DNA of 64,000 bases, from the NCBI GenBank assembly GCA_963796455.1, contig CAWCLO010000010.1, positions 416,001 to 480,000 of the forward strand. Direction: 5' to 3'. Below are positions 20,634 through 29,542 of this stretch, piece by piece. Numbering within the stretch: the stretch's first letter is position 1; each line of letters starts with the position of its first letter. The position numbers and the translations under genes are program-made. This stretch comes from Candidatus Sulfomarinibacteraceae bacterium (GTDB lineage: Bacteria; Acidobacteriota; Thermoanaerobaculia; Thermoanaerobaculales; Sulfomarinibacteraceae). A model generated the notes under the pieces. The model had not been told where the DNA came from, did not search any database, and saw only the letters and a program-made list of their open reading frames with translations.

Positions 20634-20677
20634 GGCTATTTCGCCGCATGCACTCCAGACTGCTGCAGCTGCTCTCC

Positions 20678-20730
20678 GTCGCTGAACACGGACCGCTGTC
20701 CCTGTTCGCTGTTGCCTGTCCCTGACGCTG
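20678..20730 (-). repeat. 53-bp perfect inverted repeat, copy 1 (partner 22166-22218)
   Basis: Reverse complement is CAGCGTCAGGGACAGGCAACAGCGAACAGGGACAGCGGTCCGTGTTCAGCGAC. Confidence 0.95.
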
Positions 20731-20879
20731 TACCCTGTCGCTGCCCCGCTAACTGTTGCTGACGATGCCTGAAAAAAGGACCATCCGACTTTGGACTGCT
20801 GACGTTCTTCCCTGTTTTTGCGCCCGGAGGCGCCCGCTGCCCGGGGTACAATCGCGCTGAACCAATCTCGGAGGCAGTC

Positions 20880-21272
20880 ATGAGCCATGCACCGGTCGCC
20901 GTCGTCCGCGGTCAGAACACTATCGAGGCCATCAAGGTACCGCGTTGTCGAGGCGCATCGATGCAGGTCCTGTTGGGCGAAGAAAGCGGCGTGCCGAACT
21001 TCATCACGAGGCTTTTCACTCTCGAGGCGGGGGGGCGAATTCCCTGCCATCGCCACGACAGCATCGAACATGAGCAACTGGTCATTGCGGGCACCATGAT
21101 CATTGGTCTCGGCGGCAAGGAGACGGAGGTCACTGTCGGAGACAGCGTCTTCATCCCGGCCGGTGTCGAACACTGGTACGAGAATCGATCCACCGATGCC
21201 GTCCAGTTCGTCTGTGTCGTCCCCCGCACCGAGGATTACCAGACCGAATGGCTCGAAGGAAAGGCCGGATGA
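20880..21272 (+). CDS. Cupin domain protein
   Basis: PCHRHDSIEHEQ...GDSVFIPAGVEHWY. Confidence 0.88.
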   Translation: MSHAPVAVVRGQNTIEAIKVPRCRGASMQVLLGEESGVPNFITRLFTLEAGGRIPCHRHDSIEHEQLVIAGTMIIGLGGKETEVTVGDSVFIPAGVEHWYENRSTDAVQFVCVVPRTEDYQTEWLEGKAG

Positions 21273-22012
21273 GCACTGGTTCATCAGGCACGGCTGAAAC
21301 GCCGGGATCATCCAAGGAAACCGTGACCCTCGGCCCCTGTGTCGTCGGCCTGACCGGCGGTCTGGCTTCCGGAAAATCGACGGTTGCAGCGATCCTCGGC
21401 GACCGGGATGTGCCGATTTTCGATGCCGATCGAGCGGTCCACCATCTGTACCGACCCCAGGGCGCGGGATCGGCCGCCGTGGCGGAGCTCTTCGGCTCCC
21501 ATGTCCTGACCAAAGAGGGGGGCGTCGACCGCGATGCCCTGGCCGCCCTCGCCCTCGGTGGGGCTTCCGAACGCCGTCGACTCGAGGAGGCGATTCACCC
21601 CCTCGTCCGCAAGGCGGTGGCAGACTGGATTACCGCCCTGGATCCGCAACCGGTGGCCGTGGTGGAGGCGGCCTTGCTGATCGAGACCGGTTCCTATCGG
21701 GAATATGACGTGCTGCTCGTGGTCTGGTGCCATCTCCACCAACAGTTGCAGCGCGCCATCGCCCGCGGCGTACCGGCCGAACGTGCGCGCAAGCTGATTC
21801 ACGCCCAGATGCCCCTCGACGACAAACGGGACCTGGCCGACGTGGTCATCGACAACAGCGGGGACGAGGCGCGCCTGGAGATCGAAGTCAAGCGGGCATG
21901 GTCGGAGATTCGCACCAAATGCGGCCGCAACCCGAAGGCGAATGAGTCCAAGGGCGAATCCAGGGAACCAGATTCCCGCACCACGAGGCACGAGCGCCGC
22001 CGTTCACGTTGA
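21269..22012 (+). CDS. coaE: Dephospho-CoA kinase
   Basis: VGLTGGLASGKST, DAD, IHPLV, EAALLIE, ADVVIDN; ATGA overlap with the cupin gene. Confidence 0.93.
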   Translation: MSTGSSGTAETPGSSKETVTLGPCVVGLTGGLASGKSTVAAILGDRDVPIFDADRAVHHLYRPQGAGSAAVAELFGSHVLTKEGGVDRDALAALALGGASERRRLEEAIHPLVRKAVADWITALDPQPVAVVEAALLIETGSYREYDVLLVVWCHLHQQLQRAIARGVPAERARKLIHAQMPLDDKRDLADVVIDNSGDEARLEIEVKRAWSEIRTKCGRNPKANESKGESREPDSRTTRHERRRSR

Positions 22013-22165
22013 GGGGCATCCGGTACCCCGCCTCACTGCTGTCCAAAACAAATCGTCATGTGGGTTTGCCCGCCTGACAACACGTGGTTTGCGGATCGGT
22101 GTTTGGCATATCCGGTTCGCGGTTGCCCGCGTCCGCGTCCGAATTACAGCGGCAGCGACAGTGTC

Positions 22166-22218
22166 CAGCGTCAGGGACAGGCAACAGCGAACAGGGACAG
22201 CGGTCCGTGTTCAGCGAC
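22166..22218 (+). repeat. 53-bp perfect inverted repeat, copy 2 (partner 20678-20730)
   Basis: Direct comparison of the two segments. Confidence 0.95.
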
Positions 22219-22288
22219 AGGGAACAGCGATCAGGAGTCCAGGCGACGACATGGCCACCTCCGGGTCGTTCAACAAAAGGGGTAGCCG

Positions 22289-22480
22289 GTGGGCGGCCGA
22301 GTCGGTAGCGACCGGTCGAACCACTGGAGAATCGCCTACGCCTCGGCCAAAGAGGTCGACAGCCACTTGGAGCTCCTCGCCCACACGGGGGCGATCAGCC
22401 GGAATGGAGCCAGTGAAGCGATGATGGCCGTCGATCAGGTTCGTGCCATGACATGGCGGCTTCTGAACCCTAAAATGTGA
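22289..22480 (+). pseudogene. Four-helix-bundle (23S-IVP/Avd-like) gene relic lacking the 5' half
   Basis: DRSNHWRIAYASAKEVDSHLELL...DQVRAMTWRLLNPKM resembles the family IAxGSxxE C-terminal helices; same leader as the 20442 relic. Confidence 0.68.
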
Positions 22481-22697
22481 GCGCTGTTTGCTGTCGCTGA
22501 TCGCTGTTCCTGATGACTGAACGCTGCCGCTGACTCCTGCTCGCTGTCGCTGTCCGCCGTGCCCGTCGCTGTCCCTGACAGCTGTCAGAGACCCTGTCGT
22601 GGACATGAGTGATCCCGCCTCATGGGCGTTACGACCGGCAACCCCCCGCAAATCCCGTTCTTGCAGGAGGCGAGGTAGAAAGCGACAGCTGTTTTCT

Positions 22698-22727
22698 ATC
22701 TGCGCTCATCTGCGTGATCTGCGGTTT
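22698..22727. repeat. ATCTGCG-type 9-10 bp tandem repeat (inverted near-copy at 42931-42960)
   Basis: ATCTGCGCTC ATCTGCGTG ATCTGCGGTTT; the reverse complement differs from 42931-42960 at 2 of 30 positions. Confidence 0.85.
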
Positions 22728-22778
22728 GTGATGACTTCGAGTGCGATGCAATTCCTAAATCCTCATTCCTAACGAGCC

Positions 22779-23699
22779 CTACAAGCCCCGCCGCAACCTC
22801 GCCGCCTTGACCGTGTTGGCCATCAACATGGCGATGGTCAGCGGACCGACCCCACCAGGGACCGGGGTGATCCGACCCGCTTTCGGCGCCACCTGCGTGA
22901 AGTCCACATCACCGGCAAGCACCGCGCCACGACGCTCGAAGGCCGCGAGTTTTTTCTCGTTGCCCGGCCAGAGCTCCTCGACGGTTTCGAGATCCGTGAC
23001 CCGGTGCATCCCCACATCAACCACCACCGCTCCCTCGGCCACGTGCTCGGGACCGATCAGAGATCGCACCCCGACCGCCGCGATCAGAATCTCCGCCTGG
23101 CGGGTGACTGCGGGAAGATCATGGGTCCGGGAGTGACAGAGGGTCACTGTCGCATGCGAGTGCAAAAGCAACAACGCCATCGGTTTTCCTACGATATCGG
23201 AGCGGCCGACAACAACCGCCCGCCGGCCTTTGACGGGGATACTTTCCCTGTTGAACATCTCCATGATGCCGGCTGGAGTACACGGCGCGAATCTCGGGCG
23301 TCCCTGTTGCAGGAGACCGACATTCTCCGGGTGAAAACCGTCAACATCTTTTGCCGGATCGATACGATCGAGGATGGCCGCGGTGCTGATGCCCGAGGGC
23401 AGGGGCAGCTGGATCAGAATTCCGTCCACCTCGGGGTCCCGGTTGAGACGGTCGACCAGATTTTCGAGTTCATTCTGGTCGGTTTCGTCCGGCAACATGT
23501 GGGTCTCGGATTTCATACCAAGCTTGGCAAGGGTCTTCGCCTTGGATCCCACATAGACCCTGGACGCCGGGTCGTCCCCCACGAGCACCGCATCGAGTCG
23601 GGGAACAACACCCCGTCGCGAAAGCCCCGTGACCTCAGATGCGACCTCTTCACGGATCTCCGAGGCGATGCGCGAGCCGTCGAGCAGTTTATCTCGCAT
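22779..23699 (-). CDS. folD: Bifunctional methylenetetrahydrofolate dehydrogenase/cyclohydrolase
   Basis: VGDDPAS..YV, KDVDGFHP, PCTPAG, GRSDIVGKP, TPVPGGVGPLT. Confidence 0.97.
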   Translation of the reverse strand: MRDKLLDGSRIASEIREEVASEVTGLSRRGVVPRLDAVLVGDDPASRVYVGSKAKTLAKLGMKSETHMLPDETDQNELENLVDRLNRDPEVDGILIQLPLPSGISTAAILDRIDPAKDVDGFHPENVGLLQQGRPRFAPCTPAGIMEMFNRESIPVKGRRAVVVGRSDIVGKPMALLLLHSHATVTLCHSRTHDLPAVTRQAEILIAAVGVRSLIGPEHVAEGAVVVDVGMHRVTDLETVEELWPGNEKKLAAFERRGAVLAGDVDFTQVAPKAGRITPVPGGVGPLTIAMLMANTVKAARLRRGL

Positions 23700-24426
23700 C
23701 GACCTCGCCCCCTTTTGTCATTTTGCCATCATTCATACGGACACCCTCGTATAAGGACGCTACACCCCCGGTCAACGGCCGGACACAGACCTGACCGAGA
23801 CCCGCAGCCTCGAGTTTACGGCACATCACGACACCATCCGGAAAGGTGCTGACCGACGCCGGCAGATAGGAGTAGGCCTCGGCGTCGCCGGACAAGAGAC
23901 GTCCGACCCGAGGCGGTACGTTTCGCACCCACCATCCGAGAAGCGGCGCCAGTTTTCCGCGGGGTTGAGAGAATTCGAGAACAAGGAGCAAACCACCGGG
24001 GCGCAGGACCCGCACCAGTTCAGACAGCCCCGCCGGCAAATCGGCAAAATTACGAACACCAAATGCAACCGTGACCACATCAACAGACTGCGATGCGATG
24101 GGCAGCGCGAGGGCATCGGCATTGATCAGCGGGAGAACGCGCCGATCGGCTGCGGCCTTGGCTCGCGCCAACTCGAGCATCGGCAGACAAAAGTCGGCAC
24201 CGATGACGCGACCACTCGTGATCGCGAGGGCGACATCGCCGGTGCCGGTACAGAGATCGAGCACCAGAGAGGGTCGGGCGGCCGCGACCCGTTTCGAGAT
24301 GATGCGCCGCCACCTGATGTCGTTGCCAAGAGAAAGGACACGATTGAGCAGATCGTAGCGATGGGCGATGCGGGCAAACATCCCCTGGATCTCGCCGGTC
24401 TCTTTGCTGAGTAGCTCCTGCCGCAT
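23689..24426 (-). CDS. ubiE: Ubiquinone/menaquinone C-methyltransferase UbiE/MenG
   Basis: MFARIAHRYDLLNRVLSLG, LDLCTGTGD, AFGVRN, LEFS, AYSYLPAS. Confidence 0.93.
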   Translation of the reverse strand: MRQELLSKETGEIQGMFARIAHRYDLLNRVLSLGNDIRWRRIISKRVAAARPSLVLDLCTGTGDVALAITSGRVIGADFCLPMLELARAKAAADRRVLPLINADALALPIASQSVDVVTVAFGVRNFADLPAGLSELVRVLRPGGLLLVLEFSQPRGKLAPLLGWWVRNVPPRVGRLLSGDAEAYSYLPASVSTFPDGVVMCRKLEAAGLGQVCVRPLTGGVASLYEGVRMNDGKMTKGGEVDAR

Positions 24427-24512
24427 GGCGCGCAGGGTAACACGGGGTTGAAGGACCGGCGACGGAAACTACTGACAGGCGTTCCCATCCTTCGCCCAAT
24501 AATTCGATAGGC

Positions 24513-24613
24513 AGTTTTGAGTTATGAGTTTTGAGTTTTGAGGTCGGAACTGCGACACCATATATCAAGACGAAGGAGGTCAACTCAACTCTCAAACCTC
24601 AAAACTCAAACCT
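24513..24613. repeat. Inverted heptamer tandem arrays (AGTTTTG)n / (CAAAACT)n
   Basis: AGTTTTGAGTTATGAGTTTTGAGTTTTGAG ... CAACTCAACTCTCAAACCTCAAAACTCAAAC. Confidence 0.85.
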
Positions 24614-24641
24614 GAACCGGATAGTCCGCCGCTCCAAGAGA

Positions 24642-25196
24642 TCAGCCGCCGGTAAGGGCTTTTCGGAGCGCGGTGAAGGCCCGGTGGCGATGGGAAATCC
24701 GATTCTTTTCATCCTCATCCATCTCACCATAGGTGAGCCCGCCATGACCCGAAGGGGCGAAGGTGCTGTCCCAGCCGAAACCTCCATCACCGCGCGGCCG
24801 GCCGACGATCTCTCCCTCGACGACCCCTTCACCGAACACCTTGGATTCACCATCGCTCGCGCAAACCAGACAACGTGCAGTGGCTCGCGGATCGCCGAAA
24901 GCGTGGACGATTCTACACAGACCCTCCGCGCCCACACTGATCAGGAGCCAACGGACGAGCGGGCCCGGAAAACCACCCAGCGCGGCAAACTCCAGCGCAG
25001 TGTCTTCAACGATGACCGGCCGCCCCAACACCGCCCTTGCCGCCTCCACCTTGGAGAGAACCACCTCGCTCAGATCGAGTGATTGAATTTCGGGAAGATC
25101 GAGGCCGTGATGATCCAGGGAACGACCGAGAACTGCTTCCGCCTCGCGCAGCTTGCCCTGATTCGAGGTGACGAAAACCAGGTCGTCAAAATCCAT
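24642..25196 (-). CDS. rdgB: Non-canonical purine NTP pyrophosphatase (Ham1/ITPase)
   Basis: VTSNQGKLRE, VEDT, PGP, GFGWD, KNRISHR. Confidence 0.92.
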   Translation of the reverse strand: MDFDDLVFVTSNQGKLREAEAVLGRSLDHHGLDLPEIQSLDLSEVVLSKVEAARAVLGRPVIVEDTALEFAALGGFPGPLVRWLLISVGAEGLCRIVHAFGDPRATARCLVCASDGESKVFGEGVVEGEIVGRPRGDGGFGWDSTFAPSGHGGLTYGEMDEDEKNRISHRHRAFTALRKALTGG

Positions 25197-26773
25197 CAGG
25201 CCTTTGCCTCGGGATCTCCGACCGCTCCGGAAACCACCCGGTGAATACTGATCTTGCGGCTCAGACCCTTGAGCTGGACCGATCCCAGTGGTTCCGTCGC
25301 AATCGAATCACCAACCTGCTCCTTGGTGGTTTCGCCAAGGACGATGGTGCCCGGTTTGGCGACGTGCTCTTCGAGCCGTGCGGTCACGTTAACGGTGTTG
25401 CCGAGAACGGTGTAGTCAACCCTTGTGGCCGATCCGATGTCGCCCACAACAACCGGCCCGGAGTTGACTGCAATGCGGACCTCGATCCGGTCAAGCCCTT
25501 CCGATTCTCGTTTGGTGTTCCACTCGTCGAGAGCCGCTACCAACTCCACCGCTGACCGAACGGCGCGGAGGGCATGGTCCTCTTGCGGCAGCGGAGCTCC
25601 AAAGAAGGCCATGACCGCATCACCGATGAATTTATCGAGAGTTCCACCGTGTTTGAAAATGATATCGGCTGCGAGCGAGAAGAACTGGTTGAGAAACGCG
25701 GCCACCTCCTCCGGGGGAAGGACCTCGCACCGGGCGGTAAAACCGACGATGTCGGCGAATAGAATCGATGTCTCGCGCACCGTCACCGAAGCCTGATCTT
25801 CGCCGGATTCCGACAGGACGGCCTCGATCACCGCTGGAGAGTGATAGCGTTCGAGGCGGTCGCGAGCCTGTCGTTCGCGACGAATCCTCTCGTTCAGCCG
25901 AGCCCGTTCGATGGCCACCGCCGCATAATTCGACAGCGCCGTCAGGAGATCGAGATCGGAAGCAGAAAACGAACCCACATGGAGCGGTGAATCGACGTAG
26001 ATGACACCGATGACCCGTTCACGGTGCCACAAAGGAGCGCACATGGCCGAGCGGATCTGATGGATTCGCACCGAGCGGCCGGCCTCGAAGCGCTGATCTG
26101 CCTGCGCATCATGGGTCAGGATCGCCACCTGTTGTTGCGTGACCATATCGAGGATCGTGCGTGAAATCGGGACCTCGTCGTCGCCAGTCCCGCCCGATTC
26201 GCGGAAGCGCTTCAACTCCAATTGTGGCTCACCATCGTCATCAAAGAGCACGATAAAGCCGCGATCCACCATGAGTTGGTCGAAAACCAGATCCATCACC
26301 TTCTCGAGCACCGGTTGGAGGTCCTCGACCTGAATCAGGACCTTGGCCACCTGGGCGAGGATCTCGAAAACCCGCTCGCGGGCCCCGACTTCTTTGGAGA
26401 TCTCCTGCGGCCTGCCTTCGAGACCGTAGTCCTGATTGAACTCCGACAAAGGCCTCATGTAGGTCGCAGAGGTCAGCCCGGAGGCCTCCGTGTCCGCGCC
26501 TTCGACCAACAACTCGAAACTGCCAACCCCAAGCTGGTCGCCGGCGCCAAAACCGCCCGAGGGTACGAAGTCTTCGTTAATCCGAACCCCGTTGGTGGAA
26601 TCGAGATCCACCACCCGGAAGCCGCCATCGGATTCCTCGACCCGTGCATGATGGCGCGAAACCGAAAAATCACGCAGCACGACATCGTTGTCTGAGGAGC
26701 GACCGATGGTCAGACCATCCCGAACCGGAATCCGGTGGGTCACGCCGCCTTCTTCGAATAGAAGCTCCAACAT
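25196..26773 (-). CDS. FHA-GAF-class III adenylate/guanylate cyclase
   Basis: FHA (IGR, VSRHHA, STNG), GAF (IRSAMCAPL, GVIYVDS), cyclase (FADIVGFT, DKFIGDAVMA, GNTVNVTARLE). Confidence 0.9.
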   Translation of the reverse strand: MLELLFEEGGVTHRIPVRDGLTIGRSSDNDVVLRDFSVSRHHARVEESDGGFRVVDLDSTNGVRINEDFVPSGGFGAGDQLGVGSFELLVEGADTEASGLTSATYMRPLSEFNQDYGLEGRPQEISKEVGARERVFEILAQVAKVLIQVEDLQPVLEKVMDLVFDQLMVDRGFIVLFDDDGEPQLELKRFRESGGTGDDEVPISRTILDMVTQQQVAILTHDAQADQRFEAGRSVRIHQIRSAMCAPLWHRERVIGVIYVDSPLHVGSFSASDLDLLTALSNYAAVAIERARLNERIRRERQARDRLERYHSPAVIEAVLSESGEDQASVTVRETSILFADIVGFTARCEVLPPEEVAAFLNQFFSLAADIIFKHGGTLDKFIGDAVMAFFGAPLPQEDHALRAVRSAVELVAALDEWNTKRESEGLDRIEVRIAVNSGPVVVGDIGSATRVDYTVLGNTVNVTARLEEHVAKPGTIVLGETTKEQVGDSIATEPLGSVQLKGLSRKISIHRVVSGAVGDPEAKA

Positions 26774-26839
26774 TTGCGTTCATTGTACCGCTGTTGCCGC
26801 CCGCCGCAGCGAATACCGACCGAGGATTTCCTGATGTGG

Positions 26840-27871
26840 TTATTCGGAATTCGGTTGCGGCGCGGGGCCGAACCACGCCAGGAGTCGTGACCGCTGGTCC
26901 TTTGATTCTTTGTCTTCATCTTTCAAAGACGAGAACTCGACCCATGGGCCACCACACGAATACAACTGGCGAGAGGCCAGCATCACCCACCTTGCAGTCC
27001 CGCCTCGAAGCACCTTGAGCCAGATTTCGCACCCCTCCGGCGCCAAAGGATCGACGCCGGTCAATCCCATCATGGTGATGTTTCTTCGCAGGACCGCCTC
27101 ACCCTCTACCGCACAACCTTCACCCCGCCAGGATTGAAGAGAATGTTCGAATGAAGCCTGCGCGTCCTCGAAGACGTGCGGCCCCCAGGCTTTCCGAATG
27201 CCGCTCAGTTGGACAATGAAGCGACTCAAAGACAGGCCCTCGATCAATCGCAACAAGCTGATTCGGGTGTGCGTGTCGGCCGACAGCTCATAGGCCTCCA
27301 CCAACAAACCGAGATCACGGACATCGGCCGCCTGCTCCACAGCCCGCAGACACATCGCCTTTGAACGATTGAACTTCACCTGCCCCCAACCAGGCATTTC
27401 CAGACCCTCGTGGGCCAGGATCGACTGCAGCCAGACTTCGATCAGGGGACGCCGGCGGAGAACCTCGGCAAGGAAATCCATCTCTTCGGCAAGGGCGCGC
27501 GCTGCGGTCAAATCGACTCCACCGGAAATATTCGGCCGACCATCAAAAAGAAGCCTGCGATAACCGTAGACTGCCGCCTGGCGAAGACGGGGCGCCTCCG
27601 ACTCCACCGCCTCACGGTAGGCCGGTAGGAGCAGTGGATCGTGGAACGCGGCACCACCGACAAGCAGCGCCACCCTTTGCTCTTCGGAGAGTTCGGCCGT
27701 ATTCCAGATTTCGAGTAGGCGCGTCGGACCGGGCCAACTCGCCATGACCCGACTCTCGAGGCGATCTCGCACAACGCTCTCGTAGTAGTCCCCTGGAAAA
27801 TACTTCATCGTATCGATCGACAACATCGAGGTCGTCATCCCACAAACCAGGAGCAGCGCGGTGATCGGCAT
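26840..27871 (-). CDS. Hypothetical helical-repeat (HEAT-like) protein, possibly exported
   Basis: 343-aa ORF with hydrophobic N-terminus; divergent from truA. Confidence 0.55.
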   Translation of the reverse strand: MPITALLLVCGMTTSMLSIDTMKYFPGDYYESVVRDRLESRVMASWPGPTRLLEIWNTAELSEEQRVALLVGGAAFHDPLLLPAYREAVESEAPRLRQAAVYGYRRLLFDGRPNISGGVDLTAARALAEEMDFLAEVLRRRPLIEVWLQSILAHEGLEMPGWGQVKFNRSKAMCLRAVEQAADVRDLGLLVEAYELSADTHTRISLLRLIEGLSLSRFIVQLSGIRKAWGPHVFEDAQASFEHSLQSWRGEGCAVEGEAVLRRNITMMGLTGVDPLAPEGCEIWLKVLRGGTARWVMLASRQLYSCGGPWVEFSSLKDEDKESKDQRSRLLAWFGPAPQPNSE

Positions 27872-27904
27872 GAATCCTCACCTTTCCATGCGAGGATAAA
27901 CGGG

Positions 27905-28690
27905 ATGAGCCAGCGATTAAAGCTCGTTATCGCCTACTTCGGCCGCGGTTTCCACGGTTGGCAACGACAACCCAAGCAACGCACGGTGCAGGGCGAACTG
28001 GAACGCGCCCTGCGGAAATTCTCCGGTGAGTGCACCCCTGTGGTTGCCGGAGCGGGCCGCACGGACACGGGGGTTCACGCCGCCGGCCAGGTTGCGCATG
28101 TTGATCTCATATCACCCATCCCGGCCGATGCCATCACGCGAGGACTCAATGCAAGGCTGCCCCCGGAAATCCGCGTTCGATCCGCTGTCGCGGTCGGGCC
28201 GACATTCGACGCCCGAAAAAGCGCCCTCGGCAAACTCTATGTCTATCGCGCTCGTTGGCGGCCAACTGAGCTGCCCTGGCACGACCTCCGCGCCGCCTCA
28301 ATCCACGAGATCAAAGATCCCGACGCCCTTCTTGCCGCCGCGCGCCTCTATGTCGGTCGCCACGACTGGGCATCGTTCACCGTGCCAAATCCGGAACGGG
28401 TGCAGACCCAACGAAAGATATATCGGGTCGACCTTCGGTGGGGACGGAGAGGAATCGACGTTTATTGTGTCGGCGAAGGCTTTCTCAGATACCAGGTCCG
28501 GCGAATGGTTGGATTGCTCCTCGAAATCGGCAGTGGCAGGCGGGATCCGGACGAGGTGTCCGCCCTCCTCGATGACCCCCACCCCGGGGCGCCAATCAAA
28601 ACCGCTCCAGCAGCCGGCCTGTGTCTCGAGCGCGTCTATTATCGCCGGGCCCCGGCCCTCACACCAAGCATGGAGGAGGGCCCGAAATGA
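27905..28690 (+). CDS. truA: tRNA pseudouridine(38-40) synthase
   Basis: GFHGWQRQ, AGRTDTGVHA, FLRYQVRRMVG, APAAGL. Confidence 0.96.
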   Translation: MSQRLKLVIAYFGRGFHGWQRQPKQRTVQGELERALRKFSGECTPVVAGAGRTDTGVHAAGQVAHVDLISPIPADAITRGLNARLPPEIRVRSAVAVGPTFDARKSALGKLYVYRARWRPTELPWHDLRAASIHEIKDPDALLAAARLYVGRHDWASFTVPNPERVQTQRKIYRVDLRWGRRGIDVYCVGEGFLRYQVRRMVGLLLEIGSGRRDPDEVSALLDDPHPGAPIKTAPAAGLCLERVYYRRAPALTPSMEEGPK

Positions 28691-28724
28691 CCGGCTGTGG
28701 TAGACTTCCTGGCCCTGGTAGATA

Positions 28725-29531
28725 GTGATGCAATCGCTTGATGAGATCGCCCAACCCGGCACCCGAGAACGCGAGATTTTGGAGCGCATCGACCCAGAAA
28801 AGCTCCCCCGTCACGTCGCCATCATCATGGACGGCAACGGTCGCTGGGCCATGGCGCGCAAGAAGCCTCGCGTCGAAGGGCATCGCGCGGGTATTCGTTC
28901 GGTCCGCGAGACCGTCGAGGCCTCCGCTCGACTCGGTCTCGAGGTGATCACTCTCTACGCTTTTTCCACCGAAAACTGGAAACGGCCGCGCCACGAAGTG
29001 CTCACCTTGATGGGTCTGCTCAAGGAGTACATCAACCGCGAGTTGGAAAACCTCCGCAACAACAACATCCGATTTCGTCCCATCGGGAGAATCGATCTGC
29101 TTGACCCGTCGGTTCAGAAGGCGCTGCGACGCGCCATCGATGGAACCAGTCAATGCGATGGCACCCTGCTCCAGATCGCCTTGAACTACTCCGGCCGCCA
29201 GGAGTTGACCGATGTGGTTCGTACGGCGGTTTCCCAATCAAGAGCAGACGGTCTCGAAATCGAGACCATCAACGAAGCCTGGGTCGCCGACCATCTCACA
29301 ACGGCTGGAAATCCCGATCCCGATCTCCTGATCCGGACATCGGGTGAACAGCGTATTTCAAACTTTCTCCTGTGGCAGGCGGCTTATGCCGAAATCTACT
29401 TCTGTCCGGTTCTGTGGCCGGATTTTTCGACCGCTGACCTGCTCTCGGCAATTCTGGCTTTTCAGCAGCGCGACCGACGTTTTGGCGGCCTGCCTCCGGA
29501 CGACGGTGTGTTCAATCCGCCGGGCTCCTGA
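28725..29531 (+). CDS. uppS: Undecaprenyl diphosphate synthase
   Basis: HVAIIMDGNGRWA, YAFSTENWKRP, IRTSGEQRISNFLLWQ. Confidence 0.97.
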   Translation: MMQSLDEIAQPGTREREILERIDPEKLPRHVAIIMDGNGRWAMARKKPRVEGHRAGIRSVRETVEASARLGLEVITLYAFSTENWKRPRHEVLTLMGLLKEYINRELENLRNNNIRFRPIGRIDLLDPSVQKALRRAIDGTSQCDGTLLQIALNYSGRQELTDVVRTAVSQSRADGLEIETINEAWVADHLTTAGNPDPDLLIRTSGEQRISNFLLWQAAYAEIYFCPVLWPDFSTADLLSAILAFQQRDRRFGGLPPDDGVFNPPGS

Positions 29532-29542
29532 GGCGGCGGACG

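Noticed and set aside
20442..21311. 289-aa minus-strand ORF as a real gene
   Set aside because: Mostly antisense to the cupin gene and runs through the repeat leader; only the last 41 codons have an SD and protein-like similarity
20442..22480. Diversity-generating retroelement (Avd-like genes plus repeats)
   Set aside because: No reverse transcriptase, and the repeat pair is identical rather than showing adenine-specific mismatches
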